Assembly (NCBI GenBank): GCA_017882925.1
Contig: JADGOM010000026.1
Coordinates: forward strand, 1 to 40,806
From: Acidimicrobiia bacterium
GTDB lineage: Bacteria > Actinomycetota > Acidimicrobiia > IMCC26256 > Chersky-534
Direction: 5' to 3'
Length of the DNA stretch: 40,806 nucleotides
Positions 30,367-38,478 of this stretch are shown here, piece after piece (position 1 is the stretch's first letter; each line of letters starts with the position of its first letter). The notes beneath the pieces were generated by a model. That model saw nothing but the letters and a program-made list of their open reading frames with translations. It had not been told where the DNA came from and made no database searches. A program made the position numbers and the translations under genes.

Positions 30367-31491
30367 ATGGCCGACGCCGACGTCCGCATCCCCACCGAGC
30401 TCCTCCCGAAGGACGGCCGCTTCAACTCCGGCCCGTCGAAAGTGCGGCCCGCCACCGTGGAGGCGCTGGCCGCGACCGGGCGCTCGTACCTCGGCACCAG
30501 CCACCGGCGCACGGGCGTGCGCTCCACCGTTGCCCGCGTCCGCGAGGGCCTCCGCGACCTGTTCTCACTGCCCGACGGCTACGAGGTGCTCCTCGGCAAC
30601 GGCGGCTCGAGCCTGTTCTGGGACGCGGCCACCTTCGGCCTGATCGACGACCGCAGCCAGCACCTCGTGTTCGGCGAGTTCTCGGCGAAGTTCGCCCAAG
30701 CGGCCGCGGCCGCCCCGCACCTCGCGGAGCCGGAGGTCATCGAGACCGAGCCCGGCACCCACCCGACCCTGCGGTACAGCGCCGAGGTCGACGTCTACGC
30801 GGCCACCCACAACGAGACGTCGACCGGCGTCGTGATGCCGATCGAGCGCCCCGCGGGAGCCACCGGCCGCCAGCTCGTGGTGGTCGACGGCACGTCGGCC
30901 GCGGGCGGGGTGCGCGTCGACCCGACCCAGTTCGACGCCTACTACTTCGCGCCGCAGAAGTGCTTCGCCGGCGACGGCGGATTGTGGCTCGCGCTGTGCT
31001 CGCCCGCGGCGATCGAGCGCATCGCCACGATCGGCGTCTCCGACCGGTGGACGCCGGCGATCCTGAGCCTGCCGATCGCGCTCGAGAACTCGCGCCTCGA
31101 CCAGACCTACAACACGCCCGCGCTGGCCACGATCTTCATGCTCGCCGACCAGGTCGACTGGATGCTCGGCCTCGGCGGTCTCGACGCGGTCGCCGCCCGC
31201 TGTGACGCGTCGGCCGCGATCCTCTACGGGTGGGCCGACGCGCACCCGCTCGCGCGCCCGTTCGTCGCGGCCCCCGCCGAGCGCAGCCCGGTGACCGGCA
31301 CCATCGACTTCGACGACTCCGTCGACGCGGCCTGGCTCGCGGCCTCGCTGCGCGCCAACGGGATCGTCGACACCGAGCCGTACCGGAAGCTGGGCCGCAA
31401 CCAGCTCCGGATCGCCATGTTCCCGGCGATCGATCCCGAGGACGTCGCCGCGGTCACCCGCTGCGTCGACTTCCTGCTCGACGCCCGCTGA
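30367..31491 (+). CDS. serC: Phosphoserine aminotransferase (actinobacterial type)
   Basis: DGRFNSGPSKVR, HNETSTGV, YYFAPQKCF, QTYNTPA, DTEPYRKLGRNQLR motifs. Confidence 0.95.
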   Translation: MADADVRIPTELLPKDGRFNSGPSKVRPATVEALAATGRSYLGTSHRRTGVRSTVARVREGLRDLFSLPDGYEVLLGNGGSSLFWDAATFGLIDDRSQHLVFGEFSAKFAQAAAAAPHLAEPEVIETEPGTHPTLRYSAEVDVYAATHNETSTGVVMPIERPAGATGRQLVVVDGTSAAGGVRVDPTQFDAYYFAPQKCFAGDGGLWLALCSPAAIERIATIGVSDRWTPAILSLPIALENSRLDQTYNTPALATIFMLADQVDWMLGLGGLDAVAARCDASAAILYGWADAHPLARPFVAAPAERSPVTGTIDFDDSVDAAWLAASLRANGIVDTEPYRKLGRNQLRIAMFPAIDPEDVAAVTRCVDFLLDAR

Positions 31492-31619
31492 GCCGCGGAC
31501 CCGGCGCCGGTCGGTGCGGTCGATCGATGGGGCATTCCCACGGTTCCGCCCTCGACAAGCCGCGCACGGCCCCCGTAGGTTGACGCCTTCGTCAGGTATC
31601 CGAGCTCCGGGGGGACGCA

Positions 31620-32339
31620 ATGCTCTTCATCCACGAGACCCATGCCGTCATCGGTCCGAAGGAGCTGGAGTTCGAAGCCACGATCCGCGACGACTACATG
31701 GCGACGCTCGCGGCCGGTGAGGACGCCCGCCTGCTCTACTTCCTGCACCTCTCCCACGGCGGCGGGCTCGCCTACCGGGTCACCACCGTCACCGCGGTGA
31801 AGGACGGCGCCGCCTACGGCCGCCTGGCCGAACGGTTCCGCACCGGCGACCTGCGCGAGTGGGCGGCCGAGACCGACAAGCTCCGGCACACCGTTGCCGC
31901 CAAGATCATCGTGCCCGCCCCCTGGTCGCCGGTGCAGGACATCGACCTCGCGACGGTGCCCACCGACCCGAAGGGCGACCACGAGCTGAGCCTCTTCATG
32001 GAGGACAGCGCGTGGCCGTACGAGGGCAAGCTCGACGACTACCTCGCCAAGGCGCAGGCCCAGTACGCGCCGTCGCTCGAGGAAGGCCGCCACTTCAAGG
32101 GCAAGTCGATGCTCGAGCTGCAGATGGTCTTCCAGACCGCGTGGGGCGCCGCCCCCCGGCGCCGCGAGGTCATCCTCTGGCAGAAGGTCGTCGACCTCGA
32201 CCGGCTCAAGCCGCTGATCATGACCGAGCTCACCGCCGAGCAGCGCGCCCCGGGCACCTGGATGAACGACGCGTTCGAGGTGCGCGACGACTGGGAGAGC
32301 CGCCTGCTCCGCACCACCAGGTGGTCGCCCTGGTACTAG
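31620..32339 (+). CDS. Hypothetical protein, probable tandem NIPSNAP-like alpha/beta-barrel domains
   Basis: Two similar halves (LFIHE...DDY / LFMED...DDY); ends SRLLRTTRWSPWY; typical codon usage; candidate promoter TCGACA-N18-TAGGTT upstream. Confidence 0.6.
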   Translation: MLFIHETHAVIGPKELEFEATIRDDYMATLAAGEDARLLYFLHLSHGGGLAYRVTTVTAVKDGAAYGRLAERFRTGDLREWAAETDKLRHTVAAKIIVPAPWSPVQDIDLATVPTDPKGDHELSLFMEDSAWPYEGKLDDYLAKAQAQYAPSLEEGRHFKGKSMLELQMVFQTAWGAAPRRREVILWQKVVDLDRLKPLIMTELTAEQRAPGTWMNDAFEVRDDWESRLLRTTRWSPWY

Positions 32340-32391
32340 GCCGACGCGTCCCCGCCGCGCGTCGCGCGGCGGGGAGCTGCGCCCGGCGCGC

Positions 32392-33207
32392 CTAGAGGAA
32401 CCGGGCCGCGAACTGCTCGATGCGGGGGCGGCCGGTGCCGGGCCAGCCGACGACGAGGTACTCGAAGCCGAGCCCCTCCCACTCGTCGATCGCCGCGGCG
32501 ACATCGTCGTCGGAGCCGTCGAGCGAGAGCGACGACGCCCGCTTGATCGACGCCGGATCGCGGCCGTACTCCAGCGCGAGCTCGTCGAGCCGAGCGCTCT
32601 TGCGGGCGAGATCCGCGGGTGATCCGAAGCAGTGCCACACGTCGGCGTGCCGGGCGACGATCGGCAGCATCTTGCGCTCGCCACCCGCGCCGATCCAGAT
32701 CGGCGGGTGCGGGACCTGCACCGGCCGCGGGTGCATCGTGGCGTGCTCGAGCCGGAAGTGCTCGCCGGCGAATGACGCGTCGTCCTCGGTCATGAGCAGC
32801 TTCATCACCTGGAGGGCCTCCTCGAAGCCCTCGATGCGCTCACGCGTCGGCGGGAAGTCGAAGCCGAGCGCGCGGTGCTCGCCCTCGAACCACGCCGCGC
32901 CGAGCGAGAGGTCGACCCGCCCGTGCGACGCGTGGTCGACGGTGATGACCTCGCTCGCCAGCAGCGACGGGTGCCGGTACGTGTAGCCGGTGACCAGGAG
33001 GCCGAGGCGCACGCGCTCGGTGACGCCCGCGAGCGCGGCGAGGGTGGTCCACCCCTCGAAGCAGTTGCCGGGCCCCTCGCCGTACATCGGCTGGAAGTGG
33101 TCGAAGCCCCAGATGCCCTCGAAGCCGAGCGCCTCGGCGAACCGGGCCCGGTCGGCGATCTCGTCCCATTCGAGGCGCTGCTGCGCGAGGTCGAGCCCGA
33201 ACCGCAT
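32392..33207 (-). CDS. LLM class F420-dependent oxidoreductase
   Basis: WGFDHF, EGWTTLAALA, YRHPSLLA, VDHASHGR, PPIWIGAGGERKML motifs; SD GGAGGAG. Confidence 0.9.
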   Translation of the reverse strand: MRFGLDLAQQRLEWDEIADRARFAEALGFEGIWGFDHFQPMYGEGPGNCFEGWTTLAALAGVTERVRLGLLVTGYTYRHPSLLASEVITVDHASHGRVDLSLGAAWFEGEHRALGFDFPPTRERIEGFEEALQVMKLLMTEDDASFAGEHFRLEHATMHPRPVQVPHPPIWIGAGGERKMLPIVARHADVWHCFGSPADLARKSARLDELALEYGRDPASIKRASSLSLDGSDDDVAAAIDEWEGLGFEYLVVGWPGTGRPRIEQFAARFL

Positions 33208-33258
33208 GGTGCTCCTCCCGATCGTCGTGGGTGCGCGCCGGAGCCGGGCCCCGGTCGC

Positions 33259-34056
33259 TCAGTCGTCCTGTTGGAGCAGACCGCCCCAGCCCTGGGGCGG
33301 CGGGTCGAGCTTCCAGAACTGCTCCGGAGCGGGCGTGTCGAGCTTCTCGAGGATCGCCCAGTCGTGGTCGAGGGCGAGGATCTGCGACGTGTAGTGAGCG
33401 AAGGCCGCCCGCTTGCGCTCCTGCCCGGGGTCGACGCGCGGGCACACCGGCGTGGGCCAGATCCCCTTGCGGAACAGCTGCGACACCCGCCAGGCCAGCA
33501 TGCCGGGAATGTGCTTGTAGCCGTTGTCCTCGTAGCAGAACCAGGGAACGTCGGCGAAGCGGTCGCGGACGAGCATCGCGGCCTGGTGGGTGACGTCGTG
33601 ATCCGGGTTGGCCAGGCCGAACGGGATGAACACCGCGGTGGGATCGAGATCGCGGATGGTCTGCTCGAGCGTGTCGACGATCGCCGGCGCCTGGACCCAC
33701 TCGGGGCGCTCGAGGTACTGGTGCTCGGTGAAGTCGAGCCAGACCCAGCGGGCGCCGAGCTCGGCGAGCGCGGCGGCGTCCTCCTTGCGCCGGGCGACGA
33801 GCACGTCGTCACCGGGCACGAAGCCGGCGATCTGGTCCCAGTGGGTCATCGGGTCGGGATACTGCTCGAGGGGGCCCGAGAAGACCGTGACCACCGTGGC
33901 CCCCGGGTGCGCGGCCATGAGCTGGCTGCAGCCCAGCACGGCGTCGTCGAGGTGGGGCGAGACGACGACGATCCGCTCGAGGACCGCCTCCGCCACCATC
34001 CCCCAGCCCCGGAGGGGGGTGCCGACGTCTTCCGGTTCCGCTTCCAGGTCCGCCAT
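33259..34056 (-). CDS. PIG-L/LmbE family deacetylase
   Basis: VVSPHLDDAVLG, RRKED, NPDH, K..A...YTSQ motifs. Confidence 0.85.
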   Translation of the reverse strand: MADLEAEPEDVGTPLRGWGMVAEAVLERIVVVSPHLDDAVLGCSQLMAAHPGATVVTVFSGPLEQYPDPMTHWDQIAGFVPGDDVLVARRKEDAAALAELGARWVWLDFTEHQYLERPEWVQAPAIVDTLEQTIRDLDPTAVFIPFGLANPDHDVTHQAAMLVRDRFADVPWFCYEDNGYKHIPGMLAWRVSQLFRKGIWPTPVCPRVDPGQERKRAAFAHYTSQILALDHDWAILEKLDTPAPEQFWKLDPPPQGWGGLLQQDD

Positions 34057-34115
34057 GCGGGTCAGCTTGGCATTTTTCGCCCGGACCCGGTGCGGCCCGC
34101 CAGCCGAGGGTCGAA

Positions 34116-34132
34116 TACCACTCTGAGTGGTA
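34116..34132. promoter_or_regulatory. Perfect 17-bp palindrome, candidate transcription-factor operator
   Basis: TACCACTC-T-GAGTGGTA in an AT-richer divergent intergenic region. Confidence 0.55.
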
Positions 34133-34225
34133 AGTGATTGACGGCGAGCGCGAAGCCCCCGCGGCTAACTTGCTCCTCAGGTTGGGGCCGGACACGGACG
34201 CTGGGTGCCCCGAGGGCGGAGCGGC

Positions 34226-35005
34226 ATGGATTCACCACGCGAGCCACGCATCAACGCGTCGCACGGACTGCTCGCAGCGCTGGTGGGGATCGTCGGCCTG
34301 CTCGCGCTCTTCGCCCTGATCGCCAACCCCGGCATCTACCGGAAGGCCAACTCGGGCGACGTCGCCCGGGCCAAGCGGGCCGCCCGCCTGCTGGCCTCCG
34401 ACGCGACCACGACCACCACCCGCGCCTCGATCCTGAGCGGCGACGTCGTCGACCCGCGGGCCACCGCGCCGGCCCCCGACACCGGGACCACCGGCGCCAC
34501 CGCCACGCTCTCCACCATCTCGAACACCTCGTCGATCTCGCCGGCCGGCTTCCTGCGGGCCATCGCCGGCACGCTCACGAGCGGCACCCACAACTCGGGC
34601 TCCGGCTCCCAGCAGGCCGCTTCGGGCACGACCACCACGAGCCGCAAGGGCAAGAACGCGAACGCGCGCATCGGCGACAACCCAACGAGCGCGGGCCCAA
34701 CGAGCGCGGGCCCAACGAGCGCGGGCCCCACGTCCGGCACCTCGGGCGCGTCCGGCACCGTCGACCCCACGACGACGACGAAGAAGCCGACCACCACGAC
34801 CGCCAACACCACCACGACGACCAAGAAGCCGACCACGACGACGGCCGACACGACCACCACGACGGCGCCCCCCACGACCACCGCGCCGCCCACAACGACG
34901 CAGCCGCCCACCACCACCGCGCCGCCCACCACCACTGCGCCGCCGACCACGACCACCGCGGCGGCGTGCGTCCCGCTCGTCGACCCCAACTGCCCCATCT
35001 TCTGA
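34226..35005 (+). CDS. Membrane-anchored Thr/Pro-rich (mucin-like) hypothetical protein
   Basis: Single N-terminal TM helix, long T/S/P/A-rich stalk, C-terminal CVPLVDPNCPIF; SD GGAG before ATG 34226. Confidence 0.75.
   Translation: MDSPREPRINASHGLLAALVGIVGLLALFALIANPGIYRKANSGDVARAKRAARLLASDATTTTTRASILSGDVVDPRATAPAPDTGTTGATATLSTISNTSSISPAGFLRAIAGTLTSGTHNSGSGSQQAASGTTTTSRKGKNANARIGDNPTSAGPTSAGPTSAGPTSGTSGASGTVDPTTTTKKPTTTTANTTTTTKKPTTTTADTTTTTAPPTTTAPPTTTQPPTTTAPPTTTAPPTTTTAAACVPLVDPNCPIF
34681..34725 (+). repeat. Perfect 15-bp tandem repeat x3 (in-frame PTSAG)
   Basis: CCCAACGAGCGCGGG three times without mismatch. Confidence 0.95.
34865..34954 (+). repeat. Imperfect 18-bp coding repeat x5 ((A/Q)PPTTT)
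   Basis: Translation APPTTT APPTTT QPPTTT APPTTT APPTTT with synonymous variation. Confidence 0.85.
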
Positions 35006-35059
35006 CGCCCGCACCGCGGCCGTGGCAGGCTGCCCCTCCGGACCGACCGAGGGGGACGC

Positions 35060-35851
35060 ATGGGTCTGCTGGACGGTGAGACCGCCATCATCACCGGTGG
35101 CGCGTCGGGCATGGGCCGCGCGACGGCCCGCCGGATGACCGAAGAGGGCGCGAAGGTCGCCGTCTTCGATCTCGACGGCGAGGGCGCGCGGAAGGTCGCC
35201 GACGAGATCGGCGGCTACGGCTACGGGGTCGACGTCGGCGACGCCGACGCGATGCAGGCCGCGGTCGACGCGGCCGCCGAGGAGCTCGGCGGGCTCTCGA
35301 TCATCTACAACAACGCCGGCACCATGGCGTTCGCGCTCACCCACGAGATCTCCCCGGCCGACTGGGAGCGCGTCGTGCGGGTCAACCTCCTCGGCCCGTA
35401 CCACGGCATCCGCGCCGCCGTCCCCTACATGATCGAAGCCGGCCGCGGCAACATCGTGAGCACCGCGTCGATCAGCGGGGTGCGCCCCGCGGCGGGCGAA
35501 GGCCCGTACGCCGCGTCGAAGGCCGGGGTGATCGCGCTCACGGCCACGGCCGCGCTCGAGTACGGGCCGATGGGCATCCGGGTCAACTGCATCTCGCCCG
35601 GGACGATCCACACCGGCATGACCGACCCGCTGCTCGCGTGGAAGGAAGGCAACGACTTCATGCGGGAGAAGACCCCGCTCGGGCGCATCGGCGCCCCCGA
35701 GGACATCGCCGACACGGTGGTGTTCCTGTGCTCGGACGCGGCCCGCTACATCACCGGCCACAACCTCGTGGTCGACGGCGGGGTCCTGCTCCACGGGTCG
35801 GGGGTCGACGGGCTGCTCGGGTTCGCCGACGGGCCCAAGACGCCCGTCTGA
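35060..35851 (+). CDS. SDR family NAD(P)-dependent oxidoreductase
   Basis: TGGASGMG, NNAG, YAASK, IRVNCISPG, YITG motifs. Confidence 0.95.
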   Translation: MGLLDGETAIITGGASGMGRATARRMTEEGAKVAVFDLDGEGARKVADEIGGYGYGVDVGDADAMQAAVDAAAEELGGLSIIYNNAGTMAFALTHEISPADWERVVRVNLLGPYHGIRAAVPYMIEAGRGNIVSTASISGVRPAAGEGPYAASKAGVIALTATAALEYGPMGIRVNCISPGTIHTGMTDPLLAWKEGNDFMREKTPLGRIGAPEDIADTVVFLCSDAARYITGHNLVVDGGVLLHGSGVDGLLGFADGPKTPV

Positions 35852-35892
35852 TCCCGTCCCGGCGCGCGCGACGGCGCCGGTACCATCGGCCC

Positions 35893-37308
35893 ATGTCTTC
35901 CGATGCGCCGGGTCCGAGCTCCCCGCCGGCGATGGACGTCGCCGATTCGCCGCTCGAGCTCATCGGCAACACGCCGCTCGTGCGGCTGCGGCGCGTCGGC
36001 GCGGGCCTCGCGTGCGATCTCATCGCCAAGCTCGAGTCGGTGAACCCCGGCGGCAGCGTGAAGGACCGGCCCGCGGTCGCGATGATCGACGCGGCCGAAC
36101 GCGACGGGCTGCTGAAGCCGGGCGGCACGATCGTGGAGCCCACGTCGGGCAACACCGGTGTGGGGCTCGCGATCGTGGCCGCGCAGCGCGGCTACCGGTG
36201 CGTCTTCGTGATGTCGGACAAGATGAGCGAGGAGAAGGTCGCTCTGCTGCGGGCCTACGGCGCCGAGGTGGTCGTCTGCCCCACCGCGGTCGCGCCCGAG
36301 GATCCCGCGTCGTACTACTCGACCGCGGAGCGGCTCGTCCGCGAGATCCCCGACGCGTTCCGACCCGACCAGTACTCCAACCCCGCCAACCCCGAGGTGC
36401 ACTACCGCACGACCGGGCCCGAGATCTGGCGGCAGACCGCGGGCCGCATCACGCACTTCGTCGCCGGGGTCGGCACCGGCGGCACCATCACCGGGATCGG
36501 TCGCTACCTCAAGGAGCAGAACCCGTCGGTGCAGATCGTCGCGGCCGACCCCGAGGGATCCGTGTACTCCGGCGGCACCGGCCGGCCGTACATGGTCGAA
36601 GGGGTGGGCGAAGACTTCTGGCCGACCACGTTCGACCCCACGGTCGTCGACCTCACGATCGCGGTGACCGACGCGGAGTCGTTCGCGGCGGCGCGCCGCG
36701 TCACCCGTGAAGAGGGCCTGCTGATCGGCGGGTCGTGCGGTACCGCGGTGCACGCGGCGCTGGTCGTCGGCGCCGACGCCGGGGCCGACGCGGTGATCGT
36801 CGTGCTCCTGCCGGACTCGGGCCGCAACTACCTGTCGAAGATCTTCGACGACCGCTGGATGACCGACTACGGCTTCCTCCGCGCCGCCGAGGGCCCCTGC
36901 GCGGGCGACGTCGTCGAGGCGAAGAGCGGCGCGATCGCCGATCTCGTGCTCGTCGCGCCGACGGAGACGGCCCGGCGGGCGTCGGAGCTGATCCGCGAGC
37001 TCGGCGTGTCGCAGGTGATCGTGAGCGTGTCGACCGAGCTGCCGCTCGCCGAGAAGGAGGTCGTGGGCACGGTGCACGAGCTCGAGCTCATGGAGCGGCT
37101 GTTCGCCGACCCGCAGGTCCTCGACCAACCGGTCGCCGCGATCATGGGCCCGCGCCTGCCGATGGTCGGCATCGGCGAACCCGTCTCGCGGCTGGTGCAG
37201 AGCCTCGAGGTCGCCAGCGCGGTGCTCGTCCTCGACGGCGGGCACCCGGTCACCGTCCTCAGCCGCTCCGACGTGCTCGCGTTCCTCGGCGCGCGTACCG
37301 AGCCGTGA
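35893..37308 (+). CDS. cbs: Cystathionine beta-synthase with C-terminal CBS domains
   Basis: IGNTPLV, NPGGSVKDR, EPTSGNTG, GVGTGGT, YMVEGVGEDFWP, PDSGRNYLSK; start ATG 35893. Confidence 0.93.
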   Translation: MSSDAPGPSSPPAMDVADSPLELIGNTPLVRLRRVGAGLACDLIAKLESVNPGGSVKDRPAVAMIDAAERDGLLKPGGTIVEPTSGNTGVGLAIVAAQRGYRCVFVMSDKMSEEKVALLRAYGAEVVVCPTAVAPEDPASYYSTAERLVREIPDAFRPDQYSNPANPEVHYRTTGPEIWRQTAGRITHFVAGVGTGGTITGIGRYLKEQNPSVQIVAADPEGSVYSGGTGRPYMVEGVGEDFWPTTFDPTVVDLTIAVTDAESFAAARRVTREEGLLIGGSCGTAVHAALVVGADAGADAVIVVLLPDSGRNYLSKIFDDRWMTDYGFLRAAEGPCAGDVVEAKSGAIADLVLVAPTETARRASELIRELGVSQVIVSVSTELPLAEKEVVGTVHELELMERLFADPQVLDQPVAAIMGPRLPMVGIGEPVSRLVQSLEVASAVLVLDGGHPVTVLSRSDVLAFLGARTEP

Positions 37309-38453
37309 GCACGGACCCCGGCTTCGAGACCCGGGCTATCCACGCCGGGCAGGACCCCGATCCCGTGACGGGCGCGGTGGTGACCCCGATCTCGCTGGCG
37401 TCGACGTTCGCGCAGACGGCCGTGGGCGAGCACGCCGGGTTCGAGTACGCGCGCACCGGCAACCCGACCCGCGCCGCGCTCGAGACCTGCATCGCGTCGC
37501 TCGAGGGCGCGGCGCGCGGGTTGGCGTTCGCCAGCGGCATGGCCGCCGAAGACGTCGTGCTGCGGACGTTGCGGGCCGGGGACCACGTCGTCATCGGCAC
37601 CGACGCCTACGGCGGCACCTTCCGCATCGTCTCGAAGGTCTACGAGCCGATGGGCGTCACGTGGACGTCGGTCGACCTCACCGATCTCGACGCGGTACGG
37701 GCCGCCATGCGCGCCGAGACGCGCCTCGTGTGGGTCGAGACCCCCACCAATCCGCTCCTCACGATCGTCGACATCGCCGGGCTGAGCACGATCGCGCACG
37801 AGCACGGCGCCCGGTGCGTGGTCGACAACACGTTCGCCACCCCCTACCTCCAGCGCCCACTGGACCTGGGCGCCGACGTGGTGGTCCACTCCACCACGAA
37901 GTACCTCGGCGGTCACTCCGACGTCGTCGGCGGCTTCGTGGCCACCAGCGACCACGAGCTCGCGGCGGAGCTCGCGTTCCTGCAGAACGCGGTGGGCGCG
38001 ATCCCGGGGCCGCTCGACTGCTACCTCGTGCTCCGGGGGGTGAAGACGCTCGCGGTGCGCATGGACCGGCACTGCCAGAACGCGCGAGCCGTCGTCGCGC
38101 TCCTCACGGAGCATCCCCGCGTGGCCAAGGTCCTGTACCCGGGCCTCCCCAACCACCCGGGCCACGACATCGCGCGCCACCAGATGGCCGACTTCGGCGG
38201 CATGGTCTCGTTCCTGGTGCGCGGCGGTCGGGACGAGGCGATCGCGCTCGTCGGCCGGACCCGGGTGTTCACGCTGGCGGAGTCGCTCGGCGCGGTGGAG
38301 TCGCTCATCGAGCACCCCGGGCAGATGACCCACCTCTCGGCCGCGGGCTCGCCGCTCGAGGTGCCCGACAACCTCGTACGGCTCTCGGTGGGGATCGAGA
38401 CCGCCGGCGACCTGGTGACCGATCTCGCCCAGGCCCTCGACTCGCCCGACTGA
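37305..38453 (+). CDS. metB: Cystathionine gamma-synthase/gamma-lyase
   Basis: GTGA overlap with cbs; ETRAIHAGQ, YARTGNPTR, ETPTNP, DNTFATP, HSTTKYLGGHSD, AESLGAVESL motifs. Confidence 0.9.
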   Translation: MSTDPGFETRAIHAGQDPDPVTGAVVTPISLASTFAQTAVGEHAGFEYARTGNPTRAALETCIASLEGAARGLAFASGMAAEDVVLRTLRAGDHVVIGTDAYGGTFRIVSKVYEPMGVTWTSVDLTDLDAVRAAMRAETRLVWVETPTNPLLTIVDIAGLSTIAHEHGARCVVDNTFATPYLQRPLDLGADVVVHSTTKYLGGHSDVVGGFVATSDHELAAELAFLQNAVGAIPGPLDCYLVLRGVKTLAVRMDRHCQNARAVVALLTEHPRVAKVLYPGLPNHPGHDIARHQMADFGGMVSFLVRGGRDEAIALVGRTRVFTLAESLGAVESLIEHPGQMTHLSAAGSPLEVPDNLVRLSVGIETAGDLVTDLAQALDSPD

Positions 38454-38478
38454 GGCCGGCCCGGGCCGCGGGCGCCGG

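Noticed and set aside
34138-34171. TTGACG and TAACTT as a canonical -35/-10 pair
   Set aside because: Spacing is 22 nt, too long for a sigma-70-type promoter.
34681-34954. Short direct repeats as a possible CRISPR array
   Set aside because: Contiguous 15- and 18-bp in-frame coding repeats with no spacers and no cas genes.
35893-38453. cbs-metB pair as a novel system
   Set aside because: Standard actinobacterial transsulfuration gene pair; no SAM riboswitch or T-box seen upstream.
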